Assembly (NCBI GenBank): GCA_963718915.1
Contig: CAVRAI010000010.1
Location: 9,974 to 41,973 of the forward strand
Direction: 5' to 3'
Source: an uncultured Chloroflexia bacterium
GTDB lineage: Bacteria; Chloroflexota; Ktedonobacteria; Ktedonobacterales; JADMIN01
Length of the DNA: 32,000 nucleotides
The notes below the pieces were generated by a model that did not search any database, had not been told where the DNA came from, and was given only the letters and a program-made list of their open reading frames with translations. Shown here in pieces: positions 1-7,654 of the stretch (position 1 is its first letter; each line of letters starts with the position of its first letter). Made by a program: the position numbers and the translations under genes.

Positions 1-303
1 CTTGAAGCGCGTCATCGGCTCCTGGAAGAAGGGTAATTCACGCGCGTGCGCGAGATGGAGCAAGGCGTCGAACTCGCTTCTCTCCTTGAACGTGATGCCG
101 AAGTGGCGCGGGTACACCTGTGGATCGCGATCATAGTCGTCTGTGAGGTGACACACCACCTGATCGCCGAAGAAATCCAGGGTGATACGGTCTGAATAGC
201 GACGCGCCAGCTTGCAGCCGAGCCTCGTCACATAGAAGTCGAAGGCGGCATCGAGGTCGCCGCAGGGGATGGCAAGGTGAAAGACATTATGGATATCGCG
301 CAT
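1..303 (-). CDS. VOC-fold (glyoxalase/bleomycin-resistance/dioxygenase family) protein; C-terminal part lies outside the window
   Basis: Absent from the ORF track because it runs off the window. Manual reverse translation from the ATG at 303-301 gives MRDIHNVFHLAIPCGDLDAAFDFYVTRLGCKLARRYSDRITLDFFGDQVVCHL... The HLAIP..DL..A..FY N-terminus is typical of VOC-fold proteins. AAAGG lies about 10 nt upstream. Confidence 0.55.
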   Translation of the reverse strand, partial: MRDIHNVFHLAIPCGDLDAAFDFYVTRLGCKLARRYSDRITLDFFGDQVVCHLTDDYDRDPQVYPRHFGITFKERSEFDALLHLAHARELPFFQEPMTRFK

Positions 304-337
304 GGTCAGGGACACCTTTCTCGCTAGCTCTCAGGGT

Positions 338-1120
338 TTATTGCTCGACTGTCTCGAAGGTCAGCAAGGTGTCGGAGCGCAGGCCAAGCCGGAGTGTTTC
401 CAGCGCGATGGCGTCTGCGAAGGGGATGTTGGCAAGGTTGACATCACATCCCAGCCGCCGGATAAACGTGGCTTGCAGCGACTTATTGGGCGCCTCGAAG
501 ATCAGCGTGTTGCTGTCGATGCCGGATTCCACAATCTCCTCGATCAGCCCGTAGCGTAGCGTGCCATCGGGGCGACAGATGCCGCTTGTCCCGCTCTCAC
601 GCGCTTCGAGCAAGACGCGCGTGGCGCCCGCCTCGATATCCTGGCGAATGAAGGTGATCCACATCGCGGGCGAGAGCAGCTGTGACTGTTCGCTATCCTT
701 GTAGCCAACCTCGCTCAAGACGCGAAACTCAGCGGCAAAGTCCGCGATGACCTGCGCCTTATCCTGATTGCTGAGGTCAATCGTGCCATTGGAGACCTCG
801 ACATAGCGGCAGCCAAAGCGTCTGCAGTAGGCGTAGTACGCGCCAAGTTTGCGCTGCTGATAGAACTTCTCGAAGAGGGTGCCGCCGAAGAAATAGTCAA
901 CTCCGTGCCGCTGCAGAGCGCTAATCTTACGCTCCAACTGGTCGGTGATGACCGAGGTGCCCCAGCCAAATTTGACGAGGTCAATCAATGGCGCGGCGCT
1001 CTCGATCACGTCTTCAAAATACTGCATGGGCAACCCTGGATCGATCAGGATGCTCATACCGCGCGCCCGTGGCTTGACACTGCGCTCAGGCAGCGTGAGT
1101 CCCGTCACTTGCATGTTCAT
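338..1120 (-). CDS. comA: (2R)-phospho-3-sulfolactate synthase (ComA family)
   Basis: Taken from ORF 338..1267 and trimmed to the ATG at 1120 (MNMQVTGL...), which follows AGAGGAGAAG. The string KPRARGMSILIDPGLP...IDLVKFGWGTSVI...FFGGTLFEKF matches the family pattern as I recall it. The upstream 49 codons of the track ORF are Arg-rich and have no RBS. Confidence 0.8.
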   Translation of the reverse strand: MNMQVTGLTLPERSVKPRARGMSILIDPGLPMQYFEDVIESAAPLIDLVKFGWGTSVITDQLERKISALQRHGVDYFFGGTLFEKFYQQRKLGAYYAYCRRFGCRYVEVSNGTIDLSNQDKAQVIADFAAEFRVLSEVGYKDSEQSQLLSPAMWITFIRQDIEAGATRVLLEARESGTSGICRPDGTLRYGLIEEIVESGIDSNTLIFEAPNKSLQATFIRRLGCDVNLANIPFADAIALETLRLGLRSDTLLTFETVEQ

Positions 1121-1354
1121 CTTCTCCTCTATAAGCCCTGGGGTACGCTGGCCTGCTATGCTCGATATGCTTTGACATATGCGACCGACGCCATCGCCGG
1201 GGTATGTGTTGTTCTGTAGACGCGCTCTGATGCGCCTGAGGTGAGCATATGCCCTGCGGCTGTTCATTCCCTGTCACTGGCTGAATAAATGCTGAATTAT
1301 GGCGTTGGCTCCGTGGTTTTCCAGGCTCCCTCTCCAGTTATCTATTGCGCCCTC

Positions 1355-1383
1355 TTGTCTTGTGTGTAACTCGCTGCGATAAT
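1355..1383 (+). promoter_or_regulatory. Candidate sigma70-type promoter for the pentapeptide-repeat gene
   Basis: TTGTCT (1355-1360), a 17-nt spacer, then GATAAT (1378-1383), about 70 nt upstream of the ATG at 1455. Confidence 0.4.
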
Positions 1384-1454
1384 AGGCTCAGCAACTGACA
1401 GGTAGGTTTACCCGCCTGCACCTAAGAACCACCGTCCAGCGATGGGAGACCGCC

Positions 1455-3062
1455 ATGCATGATGACGCCAGCCAGTCAACGAGCCAGCCATCTGTGACGA
1501 TCTCACGTCTCGCAGAGCAAAGTACCTGCCCGCATCCTGAGGCAGTTGGCGTGCGCTGGGGCGACCCTATCAGCGACGAGCGGAAGAGTGAACTGCAGGG
1601 CTACCTCGACCGCTGGCAGGCGGAAACTGACCACGGCGAGCGCAAAGGGCCGTTTGACGATATATCCCTCAGTGGAGCTGATGTCACCTGGCTGGCGGAG
1701 CAGAGTGGATGGGATGAGTACGAACGTGTGCCCAATCTGCATCTGGAAGGTGCGAACCTCGCCGAGATTCATCTGGAGGGGGCCAAGATTCGTGCGGTTC
1801 ACCTGGAAGGGGGATATCTCCATGAAGCCCACCTGGAAGGCGCAGGTCTCAGCGAGGCTCATCTGAAAGGCGCAAATCTCACAGAAGCCCACCTGGAGCG
1901 CGCGTACCTGCTTCAGGCTCATCTAGAAGGGGCGAACCTTAACTCGACTCATCTGAAAGGCACAAATCTCCGCGAAGCTCATCTGGAGCAGGCCGATCTT
2001 TATCAGGCTCATCTTGAGGGAGCCTTTCTCTACGCAGCCCATATGGAGAGCGCGTACCTCCGCGAAGCTCATTTGGAGGGCGCGCGCCTCAATGCGGCTC
2101 AACTGACCGACGCCAATCTCAGCCGGGCTTACCTTGAAAACGCCAGCCTCAGCGAGGCCCACCTGGAGCGCGCGAACCTTACTCGAACTAATATGAAAGG
2201 GGCAAACTTCTTCCAGGCTCATCTGGAATACGCCGACCTTCTCGAAGCCCGCTTAGAAGGCGTGATCCTCAACCGAGCCCACCTGGAGAGCGCCAATCTC
2301 AGCGAGGCCCACTTGGAAGGCGCGCTCGTCGAGGCTCATTTGGAAAGATCGGCTCTCTTCGGTGCTCATTTGGAGGGCGCTAACTTCACTGGGGCCTGGT
2401 TTGATAGTAAGACCCTGCTCAATGAGGCTACACTCGACCGAAAGACCTGCCTCGGCGATATTCAGTGGGGTGGCGTGGGCGCGGTCAACCTGACGCAGAT
2501 TGACTGGAAACAGGTATCTACGCTGGGTGATGAACAGGGCGTGGGCATCCGGTCTTCCATTGAAGACCATGAAGGCGCAGTGCGCGCCTACCGCCAGCTT
2601 GCCGCCCAGTTCCGCGCTCAGGGCATGAGCGAGATGGCCGACCGTTTTGCCGAACGCGCCCAGATTCGCCAGCGCAAACTGCTTTTCCGCCAGATGCTCG
2701 CAGACTGGCGCCGTCCCTGGCGACTTCCTGGCGATCTGCTGCGCTGGCTCTTCTCCTGGTTTCTGACGCTACTCGCAGGCTACGGCTATCATCCCGGCCG
2801 CAGTGTCTTCTGGTATCTACTCACTATCATCGGATTCACTGCACTTTACAGCCGATTCGGCATCATTGACGGGCATGCTTTCAATATCACCGAAGCCGTT
2901 GTCTTCAGTCTAACATCGTTTCACGGGCGCGGCTTCTTCCCTGGCGGCCTCCCACTCGACGACCCCGTGACCGTCATCGCGGCGGGCGAGGCCATTATCG
3001 GCCTGCTCATCGAGATCAGCTTCATCGCCACCTTCACCCAGCGCTTCTTTGGCTCGAAGTGA
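1455..3062 (+). CDS. Pentapeptide-repeat protein with a C-terminal multi-TM, K-channel-pore-like domain
   Basis: 535-aa ORF. GGGAG lies 6 nt before the ATG. About 22 consecutive decapeptide units of type (E/Q)AHLEGANLx, followed by predicted TM helices (LLRWLFSWFLTLLAGYG, VFWYLLTIIGFTALY, VTVIAAGEAIIGLLIEISFIATF) flanking AVVFSLTSFHGRGFF. Confidence 0.85.
   Translation: MHDDASQSTSQPSVTISRLAEQSTCPHPEAVGVRWGDPISDERKSELQGYLDRWQAETDHGERKGPFDDISLSGADVTWLAEQSGWDEYERVPNLHLEGANLAEIHLEGAKIRAVHLEGGYLHEAHLEGAGLSEAHLKGANLTEAHLERAYLLQAHLEGANLNSTHLKGTNLREAHLEQADLYQAHLEGAFLYAAHMESAYLREAHLEGARLNAAQLTDANLSRAYLENASLSEAHLERANLTRTNMKGANFFQAHLEYADLLEARLEGVILNRAHLESANLSEAHLEGALVEAHLERSALFGAHLEGANFTGAWFDSKTLLNEATLDRKTCLGDIQWGGVGAVNLTQIDWKQVSTLGDEQGVGIRSSIEDHEGAVRAYRQLAAQFRAQGMSEMADRFAERAQIRQRKLLFRQMLADWRRPWRLPGDLLRWLFSWFLTLLAGYGYHPGRSVFWYLLTIIGFTALYSRFGIIDGHAFNITEAVVFSLTSFHGRGFFPGGLPLDDPVTVIAAGEAIIGLLIEISFIATFTQRFFGSK
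1734..2408 (+). repeat. Coding tandem array with 30-bp (10-codon) periodicity; double pentapeptide units
   Basis: Read directly: NLHLEGANLA EIHLEGAKIR AVHLEGGYLH EAHLEGAGLS ... GAHLEGANFT. One unit (EAHLEGALV, near 2300-2330) has 9 residues instead of 10. Confidence 0.9.
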
Positions 3063-3074
3063 ACGCACAACAGC

Positions 3075-3116
3075 CCAGGATTAGCCGCAGGTCTTCAGCC
3101 TGCGGCACGCTCGCCT
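3075..3116 (-). repeat. Hairpin repeat family 1, copy A
   Basis: ccaggattagCCGCAGGtcttcaGCCTGCGGcacgctcgcc. Its reverse complement reads ggcgagcgtg-CCGCAGGC-TGAAGA-CCTGCGG-CTAATCCTGG. Lies 13 nt after the stop codon at 3062. Confidence 0.85.
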
Positions 3117-3159
3117 ATCACTATCTTTGCCCTCGTTGACCCTATCTCGTCATAGAGGA

Positions 3160-3199
3160 GGGATTAGAACCGCCACGGCCCCATGCGGTATAATCCTGA
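3160..3199 (+). repeat. Hairpin repeat family 1, degenerate copy A' (extended palindrome GGATTAG...TAATCC)
   Basis: gGGATTAGaaCCGCcacggccccatGCGGtaTAATCCTGA. It has the same ...GCGG-(C)TAATCCTGA tail as copies B and C. It contains a perfect TATAAT (3189-3194) that could serve as the -10 for the gene starting at 3274. Confidence 0.5.
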
Positions 3200-3273
3200 G
3201 GCGTAGCAGTGGCATCAACGGCTATCATCCAACCGCCAATCCTGTGTCCCATGCGGACAGCAATAGAGGTGTT

Positions 3274-4263
3274 ATGCTCAGTCTCCCTCCGGCCCTGTTT
3301 CTCGTCATGCTCGAACTGACCGTCGGGTCATTTGTCAGTCTCTATTTTCTGGATGTGCGCGGCGATACCAGCCGGGGATTCGTCCTCTTTCAGGGCGTGC
3401 TCTATGTCATCTTCGCCGTGCTGACCCTGCTTGCCATGAACGCCTTCGCCTCGCCCGCCATCGTGCATGGGCGCGGACTCGACGAGTCATGGCTCGACGC
3501 GCAGGGGCCGTTGATGGTCGCCTTCCTGCTGCTGATGATCCCGTGGAATATTTTGCTCTGGCTCGACCGCCAGCCACGTCCGGCGCGCGGTAAAGCCGCC
3601 CGCGAGGCCGCGCCAGCGCGTCCAACACGCCTGCGGCTGGCCCGGTTCGCGACCGGAGCACTCGCCGCGCTGGCCGGAGCCGCGACGCTCTTTGTCGTCG
3701 GCATGGCCTATCGCACGCTCGCCTCCAGCCGCCTGGATGGCGCGTTCGTCGTCGCGACCTTCCTGCTGGGCGGCATCGCCCTCGGCGGCGTCATGACCGC
3801 GATGCTGCTGGGCCACTGGTATCTCAACACCCCCACCGCATCGGGCAAGCCGCTGGAGTTCGCCACCATCATCACCGTGGCGGCGCTGGCCCTGGAATTG
3901 CTCTTCACGCTGGTCATCGGGCCAAGCACCGCGCATTCGACGCTCAAAACCGTTCCCGTCTCACCCGGCACCCAGATCACCACTAACGGGAATGGTGTTG
4001 TCATTACCACGCCGACCGTTGCGCCGGGGCAGACCGCGCCCGACACAACGCAGGTACGCGAGGCTCCGCTGAGTACTGGCGCGATGTTTGGGCTGCAATT
4101 CATCATGGGCTTCCTCGCGCCACTGGCGCTCGGTGGGGTCGCGCTCTGGCTGGCGCGCGGGCGCTCGTTCCAGTCGGCCACCGGCATGTTATATCTGTGC
4201 GTCTCGTTCATCTTCATTGGCGAGATATTGGGGCGCGGCCTGCTGCTGCTGCCCGTGTTCTAG
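3274..4263 (+). CDS. Polytopic membrane protein, function unknown
   Basis: ORF 3127..4263 trimmed to the ATG at 3274 (MLSLPPALFLVMLELTVGSF...), preceded by AGAGGTG. Several hydrophobic segments, an Arg/Pro/Ala-rich loop and a Thr/Pro-rich loop. I recognise no motif. Confidence 0.6.
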   Translation: MLSLPPALFLVMLELTVGSFVSLYFLDVRGDTSRGFVLFQGVLYVIFAVLTLLAMNAFASPAIVHGRGLDESWLDAQGPLMVAFLLLMIPWNILLWLDRQPRPARGKAAREAAPARPTRLRLARFATGALAALAGAATLFVVGMAYRTLASSRLDGAFVVATFLLGGIALGGVMTAMLLGHWYLNTPTASGKPLEFATIITVAALALELLFTLVIGPSTAHSTLKTVPVSPGTQITTNGNGVVITTPTVAPGQTAPDTTQVREAPLSTGAMFGLQFIMGFLAPLALGGVALWLARGRSFQSATGMLYLCVSFIFIGEILGRGLLLLPVF

Positions 4264-4324
4264 CGGTCGCGGCTGGCGCATCGAAGTGTGGCGCGGCGTC
4301 TGCGACAGAGAGGGGTCATCTGAC

Positions 4325-5683
4325 ATGGCGGGCGAACAGGCGATCAACCCCAAGATATTCGGCGCCTACGATGTGCGCGGCATCTACCCCGAGACGATTG
4401 ATGAGGACGCCGCCTATCGCATCGGGCGCGCTTTCGTGCGGTATCTCGGCGCGTCGGCGGTCGCCGTTGGGCGCGATATGCGCGTCTCCTCGCCAGCGCT
4501 GGCGAGCGCGGTCATCCATGGCATCACCGATCAGGGCGCCGACGCGATTGACCTGGGGATGACCACCACCGACGAGTTATATTTCGCCGTCGGCAAGTTC
4601 GGCTATCCCGCTGGCGTCATGGTGACGGCCTCGCACAACCCGAAGCAGTACAACGGGCTGAAGATGTGTCGCGAGGAGGCCATCGCCATCAGCTCCGAGA
4701 CGGGCGGCAACGCGATTCGCGATCTGGCGCTGGCGGGCAATCCCCCCGAGCCTGCGCGCAAGGGGCAGGTGATCCAGCGCGATGTGACCGACGACTACGT
4801 GCGCCATGTCCTCTCGTTCATCGATGTGGCGAAGGTGCGCCCGCTCAAAATCGCGGTGGATGCGGGCAACGGCATGGCGGGGATGATTGTACCCAAGGTC
4901 TTCGCGCAGTTGCCTTGCGAACTGATTCCGCTCTATTTCGAGCTGGATGGCACATTCCCGAACCATCCCGCCAGCCCCATCGAGCCGGAGAATACGGCGG
5001 TGCTGCGCGCGCTCGTGCCTGAGCAGCACTGCGATATGGGGATCGCCTTCGACGGCGACGCCGACCGGATGTTCCTGGTGGATGAGCAGGGGAAGCTGCT
5101 TGGCGGCGATATGGTGACGGCGCTGGTGGCGCAGAGTCTGCTACGCACGCATCGGGGCGCGACGATTCTCTACAACCTGATCAACTCGCGATCCGTACCA
5201 GAATTGATCGAGCGCGATGGTGGCCGTGCGGTGCGCACGCGCGTCGGACATTCGTTCATCAAGGCGCAGATGCGCCAGGAGAACGCGATCTTCGGCGGCG
5301 AGCATTCCGGCCACTTCTATTTCCGTGATAACTGGTACGCCGACTCCGGCCTGATCGCGTTTCTGGTGGTGCTGGAGCTGATCAGCGAGAGCGGCAAGAC
5401 GGTCTCGGAACTGGTGCGGGCGGTGGACCATCGCTTTCGGAGCGGCGAGATCAATACAGAGGTCGCGGACCAGCAGGAGCGCATGCGGGCCATCGAGGCG
5501 CACTACGTCGCCAAGGGCGGGCAGGTGGACTTCCTGGATGGCATCACGGTCTCGTTCCCGACGTGGTGGTTCAACGTGCGCCCGTCGAATACCGAGCCGC
5601 TGCTGCGCCTGAATCTGGAGGCGGATACCGCTGATGAGATGGCGGAACGGCGCGATGAGGTGTTACAGTTGATTCGAGAGTGA
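4325..5683 (+). CDS. Phosphomannomutase/phosphoglucomutase (alpha-D-phosphohexomutase superfamily)
   Basis: ORF 4088..5683 trimmed to the ATG at 4325 (MAGEQAINPKIFGAYDVRG), preceded by GAGAGGGG. Motifs: TASHNPKQYNGLK (phosphoserine loop), FDGDADR (metal site), GGEHSGH (sugar loop), RPSNTEPLLR (phosphate loop). Confidence 0.9.
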   Translation: MAGEQAINPKIFGAYDVRGIYPETIDEDAAYRIGRAFVRYLGASAVAVGRDMRVSSPALASAVIHGITDQGADAIDLGMTTTDELYFAVGKFGYPAGVMVTASHNPKQYNGLKMCREEAIAISSETGGNAIRDLALAGNPPEPARKGQVIQRDVTDDYVRHVLSFIDVAKVRPLKIAVDAGNGMAGMIVPKVFAQLPCELIPLYFELDGTFPNHPASPIEPENTAVLRALVPEQHCDMGIAFDGDADRMFLVDEQGKLLGGDMVTALVAQSLLRTHRGATILYNLINSRSVPELIERDGGRAVRTRVGHSFIKAQMRQENAIFGGEHSGHFYFRDNWYADSGLIAFLVVLELISESGKTVSELVRAVDHRFRSGEINTEVADQQERMRAIEAHYVAKGGQVDFLDGITVSFPTWWFNVRPSNTEPLLRLNLEADTADEMAERRDEVLQLIRE

Positions 5684-5724
5684 TACTCGTCTCAGTGGTT
5701 CAGGTTGCATGTGGCGCATCGTGA

Positions 5725-5759
5725 GGAAGTTGTCAGGCAACGTTCCCTCCTGAAGGAGG
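5725..5759 (+). promoter_or_regulatory. Two adjacent hairpins in the manB-pspA spacer; the second pairs the pspA Shine-Dalgarno sequence
   Basis: Hairpin 1: GGAAGTTG-tcagg-CAAC(g)TTCC (5725-5746). Hairpin 2: CCTCC-tgaa-GGAGG (5746-5759), where GGAGG is the only SD upstream of the pspA start. Confidence 0.4.
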
Positions 5760-5766
5760 TTTGGCG

Positions 5767-6534
5767 GTGGGCGTATTCTCCCGATTCACAAACTACATCA
5801 AGACGGTGATGAGCTCGTTCCTGGATCGCGCGGAAGATCCAGGGCAGACGCTCGACTACTCCTATGAGAAGCAGCTCGAACAGCTACAGAATCTGCGCCG
5901 GAGCATCGCGGACGTAGTGACGAACGAGAAGCGGCTCGAATTGCAACAGGCGCAGTTGAATCAGCAGATCGATAAGCTGGACGGTCAGGCCCGCCAGGCC
6001 ATGACGATGAACCGCGAAGACCTGGCGCGACTGGCTCTGGAGCGCAAACAGGGCTTGCAGGTGCAGATCGGCCAGTTTGGCACACAGATCGAGCAGCTCA
6101 AGGCGCAACAGGCGAAGTTCGTGGAGATGGAACAGCGTCTCAATACGAGGGTGGAGGCTTTCCGCACGCAGAAGGAGATGGTGAAGGCGCAGTACGGCGC
6201 GGCTCAGGCGCAGGTGAAGATCCAGGAGGCGGCGACGGGTATCTCCGAGGAGATGTCGGACGTGAACCTGGCGGTGCAGCGCGCGCAGGACAAGGTGTTG
6301 CAGATGCAGGCGCGCGCCAGTGCGCTGGACGAGCTGACCGAGTCGGGCACGCTGGCCGAGATTGGCCCAGGCGCGGTCGATCCGCTGGACCGCCAGCTTC
6401 AGCAACTCTCGACTCAGTCTGAGGTAGACCGCCAGCTTGCCGAGTTGAAGGCGCAGATGCAGTTGCCAGCGGGCCAGCAGGACCAGCAGAATCAGGCCCA
6501 GCTTCCGCCGCCGCCGATGCAGACCAACGATTAA
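5767..6534 (+). CDS. pspA: PspA/IM30 (Vipp1) family membrane-stress protein
   Basis: The track ORF starts at TTG 5761. I prefer GTG 5767, 7 nt after GAAGGAGG. The N-terminus (M)GVFSRFTNYIKTVMSSFLDRAEDPGQTLDYSYEKQLEQLQNLRR is followed by a long coiled-coil, typical of PspA. Q/P-rich tail. Confidence 0.85.
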   Translation: MGVFSRFTNYIKTVMSSFLDRAEDPGQTLDYSYEKQLEQLQNLRRSIADVVTNEKRLELQQAQLNQQIDKLDGQARQAMTMNREDLARLALERKQGLQVQIGQFGTQIEQLKAQQAKFVEMEQRLNTRVEAFRTQKEMVKAQYGAAQAQVKIQEAATGISEEMSDVNLAVQRAQDKVLQMQARASALDELTESGTLAEIGPGAVDPLDRQLQQLSTQSEVDRQLAELKAQMQLPAGQQDQQNQAQLPPPPMQTND

Positions 6535-6546
6535 GGAGGCTATCTC

Positions 6547-6861
6547 ATGCCCGTGATCGTACGCATCATGACGGAGAATCAGTATCGCCTCACCGATGAG
6601 GACGCCGCTGCGATGGACCGGATGGACGACCCGTTGCACGCGGCCATCGAGAGTGGCGATGAGCAGACCTTCGCGGCGGCGCTGGAGAAGGTGGTCGACT
6701 TCGTGCGCGAGAAGGGCACGGTGATTCCGGTGGAGGAGGTCGTTCCCTCGGACGTGATTGTTCCCGCGCCAGACATGACAGTTGCCGAGGCCCGACAATA
6801 TCTGCGGAAGGGCGATGAGGCGGTCGCCGCCGAAGCCGCATCGGGCGACGCCACAGAGTAG
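6547..6861 (+). CDS. Small acidic protein coupled to pspA; resembles what I recall as the PspA-associated PspAA family
   Basis: 104 aa. AAGGAGG lies 7 nt upstream, and the gene starts 12 nt after the pspA stop. MPVIVRIMTENQYRLTDEDAAAMDRMDDPLHAAIESGDEQTFAAALEKVVDFVREKG... The family name is from memory and has not been searched. Confidence 0.55.
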   Translation: MPVIVRIMTENQYRLTDEDAAAMDRMDDPLHAAIESGDEQTFAAALEKVVDFVREKGTVIPVEEVVPSDVIVPAPDMTVAEARQYLRKGDEAVAAEAASGDATE

Positions 6862-6881
6862 CCCGCACAGACACAAAGCAT

Positions 6882-6912
6882 CCCCTCACCGATTATGGTG
6901 GGGGGATTTCTC
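6882..6912 (+). terminator. Intrinsic-terminator-like hairpin after the pspA operon
   Basis: CCCCTCACC-gattat-GGTGGGGGG forms 9 bp including one U-G pair. It is followed by ATTTCTCTGTG, 20 nt after the stop codon. Confidence 0.55.
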
Positions 6913-6981
6913 TGTGCCCAATGGCCGACTTTGAGCAAACCGTTTGAAAGAATGATCTGGAGAGCCTGGGCTGTTCTGGGT

Positions 6982-7020
6982 GGAGCGTGCCACAGGCTGA
7001 AGCCCTGCGGCTAATCCTGA
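6982..7020 (+). repeat. Hairpin repeat family 1, copy B (stem partly decayed)
   Basis: ggagcgtgCCACAGGCtgaaGCCCTGCGGCTAATCCTGA, between convergent genes. Confidence 0.75.
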
Positions 7021-7035
7021 CAGGTACTGACGGCC

Positions 7036-7561
7036 CTACGACCCCCAGATGGAGGGTAGGTGATGGCTGCCCAGGCCAACGGCCAACTCACCGCCATGGT
7101 GGAAGTCGTGCCGGAGCACATGCATGATAATCTCCTGGCGCGTGCTTGGGCCAAAGATTTTGCGCTCTCTCTCCGTCAAGGCAGCCGGTGGGTTGAACAC
7201 GTATTCTAGGTCGGCGACAGTATAGCGGGAAAGAACCCCTTCGATCATGCCCCAGGTGGCGTTCAGTCCGGCAACCAGCTCGTCGGCTGAATGCACTGCC
7301 TTGACCTTCTTCTTCTTCCTCCCAGTGCATGAAGGCGGCTACCTCAGGACTTGCCTCGCCCATCCACAGATCGAACCACCAGATCCGGTCGTTGAGGATG
7401 TGCTGGACGAGCATCCCAATCGGCCAGTGCGTGGACGCGACCGGCAGGGCCAGTTGCTCAGGTGTCAGCGGCGCGACGACGTTGAGCAGGTCGCGCTGAA
7501 AGCTATCCCAACCTTTGTAGACTTGACTGAGCGAGAGCGACTGTTCCGTCACGTGTATCAT
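7036..7561 (-). pseudogene. DinB-family (DinB_2-like four-helix bundle) gene interrupted by a 1-nt frameshift
   Basis: Two overlapping track ORFs in different frames. ORF 7088..7561 carries the N-terminal half ...THWPIGMLVQHILNDRIWWFDLWMG...FMHWEEEE. ORF 7036..7296 carries the C-terminal half ...HSADELVAGLNATWGMIEGVL...IIMHVLRHDFHHGGELAV. The frames meet at the (CTT)4 / (GAA)4 run at 7306-7317. The true start may be GTG 7552 rather than ATG 7561. Confidence 0.6.
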
Positions 7562-7654
7562 CCCCCTTGCTTCTCATTCGACGCCATCACTCACGGCGGC
7601 TTGCCCAGTATGGCATGAAGAAGGCGAGCAAAGCTTCTTCTATCTTGCGCTTTC

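Noticed and set aside
338-1267. Long N-terminal extensions in the track ORFs (338..1267, 3127.., 4088.., 7655..8782, 8574.., 9168..10478, 12627.., 13682..14131, 20667.., 29314..30456)
   Set aside because: In each case an internal ATG or GTG with a good Shine-Dalgarno sequence coincides with the start of recognisable protein sequence. The upstream codons overlap neighbouring genes or repeats, so the starts were trimmed.
1734-2408. 30-bp periodic DNA repeat as a non-coding satellite or CRISPR-like array
   Set aside because: It lies in a long open frame and encodes canonical pentapeptide repeats. The periodicity is explained by the protein repeat.
5684-5766. Sigma54 (TGGCAC-N5-TTGC) promoter upstream of pspA, by analogy with E. 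coli
   Set aside because: TGGCGC is present at about 5712, but no TTGC follows at the required spacing. No credible -24/-12 element was found.
5884-6876. 330-aa minus-strand ORF covering pspA and its partner
   Set aside because: It is antisense to a gene with clear PspA sequence features. Its translation is Leu/Arg/His-rich low complexity with no RBS or motif. This is the typical shadow ORF of GC-rich DNA.
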